A stretch of 64,000 nt of DNA from Glaucostegus cemiculus (taxonomy: Eukaryota): positions 3,286,001 through 3,350,000 of the forward strand of contig CDPCPM010000335.1 of NCBI GenBank assembly GCA_976551045.1, in the 5' to 3' direction. The position numbers were made by a program, and so were the translations under genes. Positions 25,971 to 38,610 of the stretch are shown here, piece by piece. A model generated the notes under the pieces. It did no database searches. It saw only the letters and a list, made by a program, of their open reading frames with translations, and had not been told where the DNA came from. Each line of letters begins with the position of its first letter. Within the stretch, counting starts at the first letter, position 1.

Positions 25971-27744
25971 GTTTAATAGTCTCACCAGTTGACGAAAATA
26001 AGAAAACACATTGTTTTTCATATAAGATTAAAAAAAGTATAATTCATCTCCTGTACCATTTCTGACTCTCCAGGAGTTGGAGTAAGATGCCAATATCAGG
26101 CTGAAGGGAGTGCAGGAATTTCATTCCCTATAAACTGCTGAAGTATAGAATGAGCTGTATGCACACGCACGAGGGGCCATTTAAATCTGTCGACAGCTGA
26201 ATAAATTTGTCGTTTTGAAATGCTAAATGATTTGGGGGTGGGGTGGGAGGGGAAAAGCCACCTTCTGAGATGAACATTAAGTTTAATAAGTTCCACATCT
26301 CCCATACTATTCAACTCCATCATGGCAAGTTGCATGCCCCAGGAACAGCTGATAATTTGACCTGAGAGAAAGAACAAGTAAGAAGAGGTTTTGGAGAGAG
26401 AACAGAAACTATTCAGAACAAAGGCCTGAGTCATGAAAACTGAAAAGTGACTACAATAATTAGTGTGCTCATAAGTGCAACTTAGATTTAATGTGTTTGA
26501 AAGAACAATAACTTTGTAGTATGATGTCAGGTGTAGAGTTTCATGGTAAGCATTTAAGTGGGAGAAATCCATAGGCCAAGCCCATGGCATAGATATCAAA
26601 GAATAGGAAGTTTTGGGGAACATGAATTGCCCCCTTATAAAAAACACAGATAAAGCATTTTTGTCAGGTGAGAAGAACCAGAACCTGGAATAATGCACAT
26701 TTACAGTTTTTTTTCCCCTTTACCTGATGTAGTAATCTCTCGATGGATTGGATACTCGCAGGTGTTATTTAAATATAATGACATCATCCTGATTCTGTAC
26801 TGAAGGTCTGAGGTAAGGGCGTCCAGTTTTTAACTCAAATGTATTTTTCCCTGGCTCACCAAATCCTCTCCAGAATCTGCAAGATTCAAACTAAGAGTAC
26901 AATTAAATTCACATTCTTGCTTGGAAGGAATTAGTTGCAACAATTCCCAAGAGATTTGCTATTAGCCAAAGAGATGCTAACTGTCTGAGAGGCATGTTTA
27001 TCAAAATCCTCTCTCAAAGATATAATTTGAGTGCCAAATGAAGTGCATAATACACCACTGAAATAGCATCTCTTAAAGGAAAAGGAACTCTTCCATTATA
27101 AAAAGTGAAGTTGTGATGACAGCACTGTTGCCCATCTACTGCTCCCCCTCACCCCCATTTGGAAATTTAAACCCAAGCAGGTTTCTGGTCCATGGATTGA
27201 AATCATTGAATACTCTACCTAACGCCACTTTGAAAGCACCACTGCCACAAAAACTTCTGTGATTCTGAACAAAAAACAACCTGTCTTTCTCGCAATAAAT
27301 CTGAAAGGATTGTTAATATAACAGGTTCAAATTAATGAAGCATAAAGGATCTGTGAAGTAGCTTCAAATTCACAATTGTGTTTTACAGACCCTGATTCAA
27401 ATTCAAAGTTGTTACAGGATTAATAAAGCACCAAGGAGTTGACTTTCTGAAGGAATCCTATGGATGCAGATTTAGCATTGTTGGACTATTCAGGCACTCC
27501 AGAAGTTTCAATCATGCAAAGAACAGACAAGGTTATGTATGGTCATTTCCATAGAGTAACTAAGAATGTTGCTCAACCTTAGATGAATTTATGAATCAAT
27601 CTAAATGAGAGACATATGATATACAAGAATACAAGGGTCTCAAACCGTTCTCTGTATTCAGAGGAATGTAAACTACAAATTTATCATGAGGGCTTATGGA
27701 CTAGTGTTAGATGTCTTGGGACTGATAGGATTCTTGAAGGATAA

Positions 27745-27990
27745 GGGCAGCACACATACACACAGGAATGCCACCAGCTGTAAGTTCTTCACTAAATCAT
27801 GCTATTTTGACCTTGAAATGTAACACTATTTATTCATTGTTGCTGGTCAAAATCCTGGAACTTGCCACTTGACAACCCTGAAGGATTAACTGCTATAGTC
27901 CCAGAATACATTGCACCACCAACTTCTCAAGGGCAAGCTGACATGCTCAATAAATGTTGGCCTTGCCATCAATACCAATGTTCCATGTTT
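27745..27990 (+). mobile_element. Old CR1-clade LINE 3' end
   Basis: ttcattgttgctggtcaaaatcctggaac...caccaccaacttctcaagggcaa...caataaatgttggccttgcca. A related 3' end lies at 56430-56620. Confidence 0.7.
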
Positions 27991-28899
27991 AGTTACAAAG
28001 TAATAATAATGATATAATATTATTTTAATGTTATATTCTGATGTCAAGACTTCAGTGGGTTTCACAAATTATAATTACATAAAAATATAAAAGCGAAACT
28101 AGTCACAAAAAATTAAAGTAACAAGAATCCAAACACTTTATTTCTCCAGTTCATGCACATGCACAGCTTACAATCTTCCATGAGCCCCAAACCTAATTCT
28201 CTCTCATCATTCTAAATCTTCTTTGGCCAATATGGCAAATGCAGTTCACATAGCTCAGATATATGAATAATGCAATATTTATTCTCCTAATAAAATTGTA
28301 CTCAATTTTCCATATTGTAATATCAAGATTTAATGAGCTCCATGATGAAACCATATTAAAATAAATCAAGTTAATGTTCAGTTGGTCCTATAATTATTGT
28401 AGCTTGTGGCGGTTGAAAATTCATTAAAATATGTTTGCTAAATATCTTGATGAAAAGTATGCAATCTATGTTATTGTCTTTCTTTAATTCTTAAGTGACA
28501 GACTCGATCACTAATTTGTAATTCATTTAGGTAGTGGTGTCATTCACACCTGATGCTCTGGGCTCATCTGTTCTCTAGATTTGACTGTTACAGTACATGA
28601 AGCATGAAAGGACACATTGAATCATCTTTCATACACATCACATTTGTAACACACAAGCTTCCTTTGTTTATAATTAAACTGTGATTTATAAGGAAACCTT
28701 GTACATCTGAGACATGATAGACATAAAATCCTTCCTGAATATTTCATATTTCCTTGTGACATAGCAGACCATTCGACCCATTGTGTCTATGCCATCTGTC
28801 AGAGTCTACTCGTCAGTTCCATTCTCCCATCTACAGTGAGGTATTTTACCAAAATTGTATTAATCTGTAATCCAAGAAACAAATGCACATATAAAACCT

Positions 28900-29300
28900 T
28901 CTTTTCATATCTTACAGAAGCAACATCCCAAGAAAAGAGTTAACCAAAAATGTCTGTCAAGTATGTAACTTTTGAGGATGTTTTGGGGGGATAAAAGTAC
29001 ATGAAGTAAATTAGGGATGGAGTTCTGGAAAAAAAAAGGAGCAAGGCAGCTGAGGAACCTGTTGCCAATGTCTGGTAGTTGAAGAGTGGCGAGATTGTAC
29101 AGAATTCTGTGATTGGAGGAATGGAGAATTTGTGGAAGGAGTAATTTAGGGAAAGAAGGTGATAACATCGGGCCATTAAGATAAACAGGATGAGGACAAG
29201 GGTCTTTAGAGGGTGGGATTGTGCAGTACACTGTATAAATTGGGGTGATACAATTACTTGCTGAAGTTGAAACTTCTGGGGAGTGGAAGTGCAAAGTGAG
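28900..29300 (-). mobile_element. L2 LINE 3' fragment
   Basis: Peptide IGNRFLSCLAPFFFQNSIPNLL...NILKSYILDRHF matches the L2 ORF2 terminus G.RAFSCL.P.LWNSLP...LLKTYLFD..F. Confidence 0.7.
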
Positions 29301-29356
29301 TTTGGAGAATGCTCAATTAACTTTATTTTAATGTAATAAAAATAAATATAATGAAA

Positions 29357-30178
29357 TTAAGAATCATAATCAGGTTTATTATCACTGACATATATCACAA
29401 TATGTGTTGTTTTGCAGCAGTAGTAGAGTGCAAGTCATAGAGATATAAAAATTAAGTTACAGAAATAAATAGTACGAAGTAGGACTAATGAGCTAGTGTT
29501 TGTGGGTTCATGGACCATTAAGAAATCTGATGGCGGAGGGGAAGAAGCTGTTTCTGAAAGGTTGAGTGTGGGTCTCGTACCACCTCCCCAATGGTAGTAA
29601 CGTGAAGAGGGCATGTCCCAGGTGGTGATGGTCCTTAATGACGGATGCTGCCTTCTCGAGGCACTGCCTCTTGAAGATGTCTTTGATGGCGGAGAGGGTT
29701 ATGCCCATGATGGAGCTGGCTGAGGCTATAACCCTCTGCAGCCTCTTTCGATCCTCCTGCACGTTGAAGCCCCGATACCAGGCTGTGATGCACCCAGTTA
29801 GAATGCTCTCTATTGTACACTGTAGACGTTTTCAAGCGACTTTGGTGACATACTCCTTGAATCTCCTCAATCTCTGAATGAAGTAGAGCTGCTTGCATGC
29901 TTTCTTCGAGATTGCATCAATGTGTTAGGCTCAGGATAGATCATCTGAGATGCTGATGCCCAGGAATGTGAAGCTACTCACCCTTTCCACCACTGACCCC
30001 TCAATGAAAACTGGTGTGTGTTCTCCCAACGTCCCGTTCCTGAAGGCCACAATAAATTCCTTGGTCTTGCTGCTGTTGAATGAGAGGTTGTCATTGTAAC
30101 ACCACTCAACCGACTCATCTGCCTCACTTCTGTATGCCTCCTCGTTGCCATCTGAGATTCTGCCAACAACATCTGCAA
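29357..30178 (-). mobile_element. Rex1/Babar LINE 3' fragment
   Basis: VVGRISDGNEEAYR...NLSFNSSKTKEFIV...VERVSSFTFLG and DRKRLQRVI...LPLGR...RNSFFPSAIRFLN. Same 3' UTR and tail as 9527-10062. Confidence 0.9.
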
Positions 30179-30989
30179 CTAGGAACAGATACAACAATGT
30201 AGTGTGAAGGTACAGTATATTCATACTTTAATATGTACTATTTTGGTTTATCTGAAATTAAAATTAATAAAATAAAAATTTGCCTCACGAAACAAAATAA
30301 TATAGATTTTTGGTCAAAAAAAACTGAAGGTGAAATGACAAACAAAAAGTAAAAGAAACAGGAGGCAAATAATGTATGAAATAATAATATTAATAATGAT
30401 ATATGAAACATTAAAGTGTATCATGCGGAGCCTGGTTCATAATGTAAAATCTGGGATGACAAGCTGTAGCAGCTGAGAAATAATCTTCTTGGAGATTTTT
30501 CTTGGATTATATCATGTGTTAACCTGGTAATTCAATGATAAATGTAGGCTACTCCACAATAGAAGTCAAAAATTGCATTTTATTTTATGATGGAGAAGCT
30601 TCTGTAACTGACAAGTACTCTAGGTGTGAGGAAAATTACACTTAAAGTAATGAATTACACCTTATAAATAAAAGGGAAATAGATTTCCCTGGCTACGATA
30701 TTGAATCCATCAGACTGAAGCAAATGCTCTACCAACTCATCCAAAAATGTTTTCTTTTGTATTCAATTTCAATTAATTCCTGGGTCCTCTTGAAAGCTCC
30801 AGGAAATTTCTTTTGCCGAAGAAGAAGGCAACATGTCAAGTATTCATACCTGACCCTGACGCTGATGCCAGATATACTCAGCCAAAAGGATCCTGGCTGT
30901 CAGCGCAGTGTGTGTACTACAAGAGGAGAAGGCTTTTAACTACTCATTCACACAGCAGACACTAAAAACATAGCAAAAAATGAGGAATG

Positions 30990-31490
30990 GGAGGTCAAAA
31001 GGAAAGAACTGTTATCACTGGAGAAGAAAAGCTGACAGACAAATCCCGTGGACCCATCTTTCTTGGTTCAAAAGTAAAAAGGCTACAGAAATGGTGGAAG
31101 TATTGGTTGTGTCCTTAGCGTGTTTCCTCAATTATGGACAGGTACCAGCATATTGGAAAATTATAAATGCACCAGTGCAATTCAAGAAAGGAGTTGGGGT
31201 GGGGGGTGATATTAGGGAATGACAAGCAGTTATCCTTACATCTGTCATGGGGAAAAGGCTGGAGTCCATTTTCAAAGAATGCGGATAAAACACTTAATAA
31301 TCATAATACAATTAAGCAGCATCAATATAGTTCTATGGAAGGAAGATTGTGTTTGACACATTTATTACAATTCTGGAAGGATGCAACTGAAAATGAACCA
31401 GTGTATTTGCATTTAGATAAACTGCCACATAAATTAAAAAAAATCACTCCACAAAATAAAGACTCAGGATATTAAAGATAATATATTAGC
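30990..31490 (+). mobile_element. Old CR1 RT fragment, left part (continues at 35346-35530)
   Basis: Degenerate GQVPAYWKIINAPVQFKKG...EGRLCLTHLLQFWKDAT...VYL..DKLPH...KIKTQDIKDNILA, ending at the tail of the young CR1. Confidence 0.8.
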
Positions 31491-31585
31491 ACATACAATA
31501 GACAATAGACAATAGGAGCAGAAGTAGACCATTCGGCCTTTCGAGTCTGCTCCGCCATTTTGAAATCATGGCTGATCCTCAACAC

Positions 31586-34485
31586 TCAATATCCCGTTCC
31601 TGCCTGGTTCCCATATCCCTTGATTCCCCTATCTATAAGAAACCTATCTAGCTCCTTCTTGAAAGTGCCCAGAGAATTGGCCTCCACTGCCCTCTGAGGC
31701 AGTGCATTCCACAAACTCACAACCCTCTGGGAGAAGTTTTTCCTCACCTCTGTCCTAAATGGCCTACCCCTTATTCTTAAATCATGCCCTCTGGTCCTGG
31801 ACTTCCCCAACATCTGGAACATATTTCCTGTCTCTATCTTGTCCAATCCCTTAACAATCTTGTATGTTTCAATCAGATCCCCTCTCAATCTTCTCAATTC
31901 CAGCATGTACAATCTCAGTCTATCCAACCTCTCCACATAAGACAGTCCCGACATCCCTGGAATTAACCTCGTAAACCTACGCTGCACGCCCTCTATAGCC
32001 AGGATATCGTTCCTTAACCCTGGAGACCAAAACTGTACACAATACTCCAGGAGCGGTCTCACCAGGGCCCTGTACAAATGCAAAAGAATCTCTTTGCTCT
32101 TGTACTCAATTCCCCTCGTAATACAGGCCAACATTCCATTAGCCTTCATCACCGCCTGCTGCACTTGCTCATTCACTTTCAGCGACTGATGAACAAGGAC
32201 TCCTAGATCCCTTTGTACCTCCCCTTTACCTAACTCCACACCATTCAGATAATAATCCGCCTTCCTGTTCCTGATCCCAAAGTGGATAACCTCACACTTA
32301 TCCACATTAAACTTCATCTGCCAAGTATCTGCCCACTCAGCCAAACTATCCAAGTCACCTTGAATCCTCCTAACTTACTCTACACATGTCGCACTGCCAC
32401 CCAACTCTGTATCATCAGCAAACTTGCTAATGTTATTCTCAATGCCTTCATCTAAATCATTAACATAGATCGTAAACAGCTGCAGTCCCAGCACCGAGCC
32501 TTGCGGCACCCCACTAGTCACGGCCTGCCATTCCGAGAAACATCCATTCACCCCTACCCTTTGTTTCCTATCTGCCAACCAGTTATCTATCCAAGTTAAT
32601 ACCCTCCCCCCAATTCCATGAGCCCTCATTTTACCCACCAATCTCCTGTGCGGCACTTTATCAAATGCCTTCTGAAAGTCGAGGTACACAACATCCACCG
32701 AATCTCCCTCGTCTGTTTTCCTGGTTACATCCTCAAAAAACTCCAGTAGGTTAGTCAAGCACGATTTGCCTTTGGTAAATCCATGTTGACTTGACCCAAT
32801 CCTATTGTTGCTATCCAAATATGCCGCTATTTCATCCTTAATAATGGACTCTAGCATCTTCCCCACCACAGACGTCAGGCTAACCGGACGATAGTTCCCC
32901 GTTTTCTCCCTCCCTCCCTTCTTAAAAAGTGGGATAACATTGGCCATTCTCCAATCCTCAGGAACTGACCCAGAATCTAGGGAACATCGGAAAATGATCA
33001 CCAATGCATCCACAATTTCTAGAGCCACCTCCTTCAGTACCCTGGGATGCAGACCATCCGGACCTGGGAATTTGTCAGCCTTCAGCCCCATTAGTCTACC
33101 CCTCACCATTTCTTTCCTAATGTCAGTCCACTTCAGTTCCTCCATCACCCTCTGCCTTTTGTCCATCCGTACCTCTGGGAGATTTCTTACGTCTTCCCCA
33201 GTGCATACAGATCCAAAGTACTTATGAAATTCGACTGCCATCTCCCTGTTTCCCGTAATAATTTCACCCGATTCAGTCTTCAAGGGCCCAACATTGTTCC
33301 TAACTAGCTTCTTTCCCTTCACATACCTAAAAAAGCTTTTGCTATCCTCTTTGATATTCCTAGCTAGCTTGCCTTCATACCTTATTTTTTCTTCCCGAAT
33401 TACCTTTTTAGTTAAATTCTGCTGCACCTTAAAAATTTCCCAGTCTTTTGTCTTCCCACTCAGCTTAGCTCTGCTATACTTCTTCCTTTTTAACACTATG
33501 CTATCCCTGACTTCCTTTGTCAGCCACGGTGGCCCCTTTCTCTGGAGAATGAACTGATCCTGCACCTTGCACATTATTCCCAAAAATACCTGCCATTGCT
33601 GTTCCACCGTCAATTCTGCTAGGATGCCCGTCCAGTCAACTGTAGCCAGCTCCTCCCTCATGGCTCCATAGTCTCCTCTGTTCAACTGCAATACTGACCC
33701 TTCTGATTTGCCCTTTTCCTTCTCCACTTGCAGATAAAAACTTATCATATTATGGTCACTACCTCCCAATGGCTCCTTTACTTCGAGATCCCTTATCAAA
33801 TCCTGCTCATTACACAGCACTAAATCCAGAATAGCCTTCTCCCTGGTCGGCTCTCGTACCAGCTGCTCCAAGAATGCATCCCGGAGGCACTCTATAAACT
33901 CCCTTTCCTGGGGTCCAGCACCAGCCTGAATCTCCCAGTCCACTTGCATATTGAAACCCCCCATAACTACCGTGACATTACCCTTGCCACATGCCAACGT
34001 TAACTCACTATTCAGCTTGCACCAATATCCATGCCACCATTCGGAGGCCTGTAGATAACACCCATTAGGGTCTTTTTGCCCTTACAGTTCCTCAGTTCTA
34101 TCCACACTGACTCTACTTCTCCTGATTCAATGTCCCCCCTTGCAAGGGACTGAATCTCATTCCTCACCAACAGGGCCATCCCATCCCCTCTGCCCACCTT
34201 CCTGTCCTTACGATAGCATGTATACCCTTGAAAATTCATTTCCCAGGTCTGATCTCCCTGCAGCCATGTCTCCGTTACCCCAACAACATCATACTTACCC
34301 ATTTGTATCTGAGCTTCAAGCTCACCTACCTTATTTCTGACACTCTGTGCATTCAGATATAGGATATTTAATCCATTTCTCCTCTCTCCATTTGTATTAA
34401 TGTTCCTAAATTGTGTAGGTCCTACCTGTCCTCTACCCTCCATCTCGCTATCCTCTCTCTCATTCCGGATCCCCTCCCCCTGCAA
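31586..34485 (-). pseudogene. CR1 ORF2 (APE endonuclease + reverse transcriptase), broken into three frames
   Basis: 34012-34485 APE (LYLNAQSVRNK, VGVTETW, GVIYRPP). 32375-33997 ([45 protein letters not shown]). 31586-32353 C-terminal domain (WQMKFNVDKC, LEYCVQFWSP, RRLRGDL). Confidence 0.95.
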
Positions 34486-34487
34486 AT

Positions 34488-35344
34488 TTAGTTTAAACCC
34501 CCCTGAGCAGCACTAGCAAACCTTCCTGCAAGCATGTCAATACCCCTCCAGTTCAGGTGTAAACCGTCCCGTTGGAACAGTTCCCACCTTCCCTGGAACA
34601 AATCCCAATTATCCATAAACCTGAAGCCCTCCCTCTCGCACCATCCCCTCAGCCGTGTATTAATCTGCCTAATCTTCCTATTCCTCTCCTCACTCTCACG
34701 TGGCACAGGTAGCAATCCTGAGATTGTCACCCTGGATGTCCTGCCCCTCAACTTAGCACCTAACTCCCTGAACTCCTTACGCAGGACCTCCTCTCTTTTC
34801 CTGCCCACGTCGTTAGTCCCTACATGGATAACAACATCTGGGTTCACTCCCTCCCTCCTGAGAATAACCTGAACCCAATCTGAGATATCCCGGACCCTGG
34901 CACCAGGGAGGCAACAGACCATCCGGAATTCCTGATCTTCTCCACAGAATTTCCCATCTGTCCCCCTGACTATAGAATCCCCATCACTACTGTTCTCCTC
35001 TGTTCCTTCTTCCCCTTCTGAGTTGAGGGTCCAGTCTCGGTGCCAGAGACCGGACCTTCGCAACTAGTTCCTGGTAGGTCATCCCCACCAACAGTATCCA
35101 AAGTGGTATACCTATTATTGATGGGGACAGCCACAGGGGTGCTCTGCTCTCTCTGCCTGCTCCCCTTCCCTCCCCTGACAGTTACCCAGTTACCTTCGTC
35201 CTGTCTTATCAGTGTGACTACCTCCCTATAACTCTGATCTATCTCTGCCTCCGCCTTCCGAATGATCCGTAGTTCGTCCAGCTGCTGCTCCAATTCCCTA
35301 ACTCGGTCCTTTAGGAGCCGCAGCTGGACGCACCTTTTGCAGGT
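34488..35344 (-). pseudogene. CR1 ORF1 (partial zinc finger/leucine zipper + SGNH esterase), one frameshift near 34985
   Basis: TCKRCVQLRLLKDRVRELEQQLDEL (second CxxC plus coiled coil), then GDSIVR, CLPGARV, IHVGTND and DGLHLN (SGNH/GDSL blocks). Confidence 0.92.
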
Positions 35345-35345
35345 G

Positions 35346-35530
35346 TATTACTGTATAGAGGATTGGTTAACTCATAAAAAAATAGTTGGGATAACTAGAT
35401 TATTTTGAATTTAGCAAGCTGTAAATAAAGTGATAGCCCAAGAATCAGAGTTGTGCTATTTACAATATATATTAATGACTTAGAGGAAAGGACCAAGTAT
35501 ATTGTATCCAAGTTTGCTGGCGATGCAAAA
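35346..35530 (+). mobile_element. Old CR1 RT fragment, right part
   Basis: Resumes IEDWLTH...LFTIYINDLEERTKYIVSKFAGDAK, directly continuing the left part. Confidence 0.85.
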
Positions 35531-36659
35531 AAAAGAGCCTTTGGTATTTGACGTGTTTATATGATTTGCTGTTGATCTTACACCCCAAAATTTCTCCATA
35601 TGGATATTAAATTGACTGATATAAATGATTGTCCATGCAAGGACACTTCATTGAATGATAAAGTGTCAGATAAGTATAGGGACAGGGTGACCCTCAGTGT
35701 TAGCATCAAGTAATCTAGCATAATGACAACAATCTGTCCATGCTTCTCTCTGGCAATTTCATTTTCTTCTAAAAACCTTTGTTTGATGTCATTCAATTTA
35801 ATTAAAAACTATTATCAAGGCAAATTTCAGCATTTTTACCATATTGTAGGTGTGCTGTGACCGGGTTTTACACTCTCCCACTACCTTAAGTCAAGGCAAT
35901 CAATAATTTTTGCAGGATAGATTACTGGTTACATACTTGATTGATATTCATGCTTGTCCCAAATACTAAAATAGTGAAGCAACGTAACATAAAGGATACA
36001 TAGTCATCTATGTCCATATAAACAGAAACTCTTTACACAATACACTCTTCCAGTTGTGAAATACATTTTCACACAGTAAATACGAAATTCATTTTCCACT
36101 GCATTATATAAATTCAATTAATTTAACAAAGCAAATTAATTTAAAACTAGGTAATAATCTTTTAAGTAATAATGTTAATCCCTTCATAACAGAATGCATG
36201 CAATATTATTCTTGCATTAAAAATGTACTTTCAAAGTAATGTTACTGAATGCGGTTTGTAATACTAGTTTAACAAGGTGCTAATTATCAGTGACAATGGA
36301 TTAATAACAGCAATTAACAGAATTATTTGGGGGATGGGTCTGAATAGTTAAATTATTATTTGGTGCAGCTGAATGTTTGAAACATGTTTTATGACCACAT
36401 ACTCAGCATTGATTTGGGTAACAAAAGTGGTTTATTATGATGCTCAGTATAGCATTTAAAACAGGTTCTCTGCTTTCTCATCATTATCCATAAAAGCTTA
36501 GATTAGTACAGCAGTACTAAATCATTTCAAGTTGTTTCATGAAAGAGACGGTTGTGAGTCTGTCAAGAAATGGTCAAGGATAATGCAGGTGGAAAGGAAG
36601 GAGCTGATGTGGCTTTTAAACAAGGGCAGAAGAGAAGCAAAGGTTTACAAAAAAGTAAA

Positions 36660-37350
36660 TGACAATCAAAAAACAGCAGATTCTAGAAATGTGCAATAGA
36701 AACAGAGACTCAGCAGGTCAGGCAGTTTCTGAGGAAAAAGAAATGGAATATACATTTTCAGCCACAGTTCTGACCAGTTCTGATACAAACAGAGAAAGCA
36801 AGTTTCCTGAAACTGTGGAATTCAATTATCCCTTGAAGTTTCCATTATTTTCAGAGAGTTCATCACCAATCACAACTTTACCTCTCCTCCCCTTTCAACA
36901 TTCTGAAGGGACTGTTCCCTCTGCAAATTCCTGGTCATTTCTTCCATCTTTGCCATTCACCCCCTTTCTCATGGCACTTTCCCATGCAACTGCCGGCAAT
37001 GCAAGACCCCTGATCTTTTATCACTTTCTCCCCCACCATCCAGGGACCCAGACAATCCTTGTATTTGAAGAAATGATTCACTTGCACTTCCTCCAATCTT
37101 AGTGTTCTGCATTTAGTATTCACATTGTGGTCTCCTCTGCACTGGAAAAGCCAAACACAGATTTGGTGATAGTTTTGTGCAGGGCCTGCCTTCAGTCTGG
37201 AGGGGGTGAAACTGAGCTTCTGGTTGCCTGCAGATTTAAATCCCCATCCCACTCTGACCCATCTGTCTATGGCTTCCTGCACTGTTATAACAAGGCCCAG
37301 AAAAAAAGCCCAGCAAGTCAAGACAGTTAGGGATGGGAAATACACGCCAG
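36660..37350 (+). mobile_element. Penelope-like element fragment (GIY-YIG endonuclease) with terminal repeat
   Basis: GTFPCNCRQCKT...IQGPRQSLYLKK*FTCTSSNL...HCGLLCTGKAKHRFGDSF, preceded by the ctcagcaggtcaggcag repeat. Confidence 0.8.
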
Positions 37351-38134
37351 CAATGCCCATATTCTGAAAAAGGAATCTTTTAAAAGTGGGATGTGCCTCA
37401 GTCCTGAAACTTGTTCAGACTTCTGAGCTCATCTATACAAGGTGTGTTCCTCCATAACCTGGTGGAGGCATTTCACAAAGCAGTCACCCAACCTACATTT
37501 AGTCTTCCTTATGCTGCATAGAAACCATTTTGATCAGTTGGTACATTATACAGTGCTTTCTCTTTTACACTGGAGAGGTTACAAATTGGGTGTATGCTTT
37601 GCTGAATGCCTACAGTCAGTTCTTAAGTTTGCCTGAGCTTCTGATCACTTCCCTGCTCTGTAAGATTTTATTCTGTGCTGGCTCTTTTGCTGAGTATTTC
37701 TGTGCTTTTTTTTTCACCCCATAGTTCTCCTTCACTGGGCTGAACTGCTTGAAATCATTTGCAAAGATCTGTTCTTGTTAAACTTGCCTTCTTGGTAAAT
37801 AAATCCAAAATCATAGCAGTAATAGACAGTCAAATTAATTAAAATATTGGTTTATACTTTATATTTGTCTACATAAGCCATTAAGTATGTAAGTATATTT
37901 CAAAGTAATATCTTATCATTTACAAATGTACTATTAATTTAGTTTTATTAGATATAAACAGTGATTTTGAATAGTAATATTACAGGCAAACTGCATGTGA
38001 AACATTTAATAGATCAACTACAAATCTTCAGAAATGCTGGTCTTTGTCCATCAAATAAAAACTCACAGATAGCACACTTTGGTAGCCACCTTAGCCACAA
38101 ATGCTAGTCCAGTGTCTTTCATTGGAAGTCCACT

Positions 38135-38166
38135 GGATGTAAATATGGAGCACCATATTTACATCC
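38135..38166. repeat. Quasi-perfect palindrome (14-bp arms, 4-nt spacer)
   Basis: ggatgtaaatatgg-agca-ccatatttacatcc. Confidence 0.95.
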
Positions 38167-38180
38167 CGTTTACAATTTTG

Positions 38181-38610
38181 AAAAGTTACAGGGAAGCTTT
38201 CCCCTAGACTTGAACGATACAAAGAGCCGTGTGGTTTGGTGGACTGTATATAACTCCAAGTAGATCTAGTTGCAAAGGTGGGATGAAAGACCTGCCACAT
38301 TTTAAAATAAATGCAGCATTATGTACAAGGATAGAGGTGAGATTAAAAGCCTGTACACTATAAAAGACTGCTGCTTGGGACACTGATAAGGGTTTTATAG
38401 TGCTTAATTACTACAGCTCCATATTGAATGTTGTTAGACTATTATAAAAGTAGGTAGCGATAGATTATTTTTCCAGGACAATTAAAAGTAAAATGACGTG
38501 TTTCTGAGCAAGGGCTTGATAAAAATATTATACTTATTGTCTTCTAAAGTTCAAAGGAGGACCATTAGATCAGTGCCTTAGAGTCAAGTTTGCTGCTCCA
38601 GGAAAGCCTT
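38181..38610 (+). repeat. Unclassified ~430-bp repeat, copy 1 (inverted copy at 58942-59374)
   Basis: Colinear with the reverse complement of 58942-59374. There is an exact 20-mer (38277-38296 vs 59264-59283) and a 33/34 match (38549-38582 vs 58969-59002). Confidence 0.92.

Larger units (their letters stand above)
31491..35345 (-). mobile_element. Young CR1 LINE, 5'-truncated within ORF1 (~3.85 kb)
   Basis: ORF1 and ORF2 are colinear with few frameshifts. The 3' UTR has a stem-loop GGAGCAG..AGGCC-GAAT-GGTCT..CTGCTCC and a (CTATTGT)3 tail at ~31493-31513. GC and CpG content exceed the flanks. Confidence 0.97.

Noticed and set aside
26096-26698. 200-aa minus-strand ORF as a protein-coding gene
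   Set aside because: Phe/Ser/Leu-rich composition typical of translated AT-rich non-coding DNA, GTG start, and no known motif.
32940-35231. Plus-strand ORFs of 60-110 aa within the young CR1
   Set aside because: These are antisense shadows of CR1 ORF1/ORF2.
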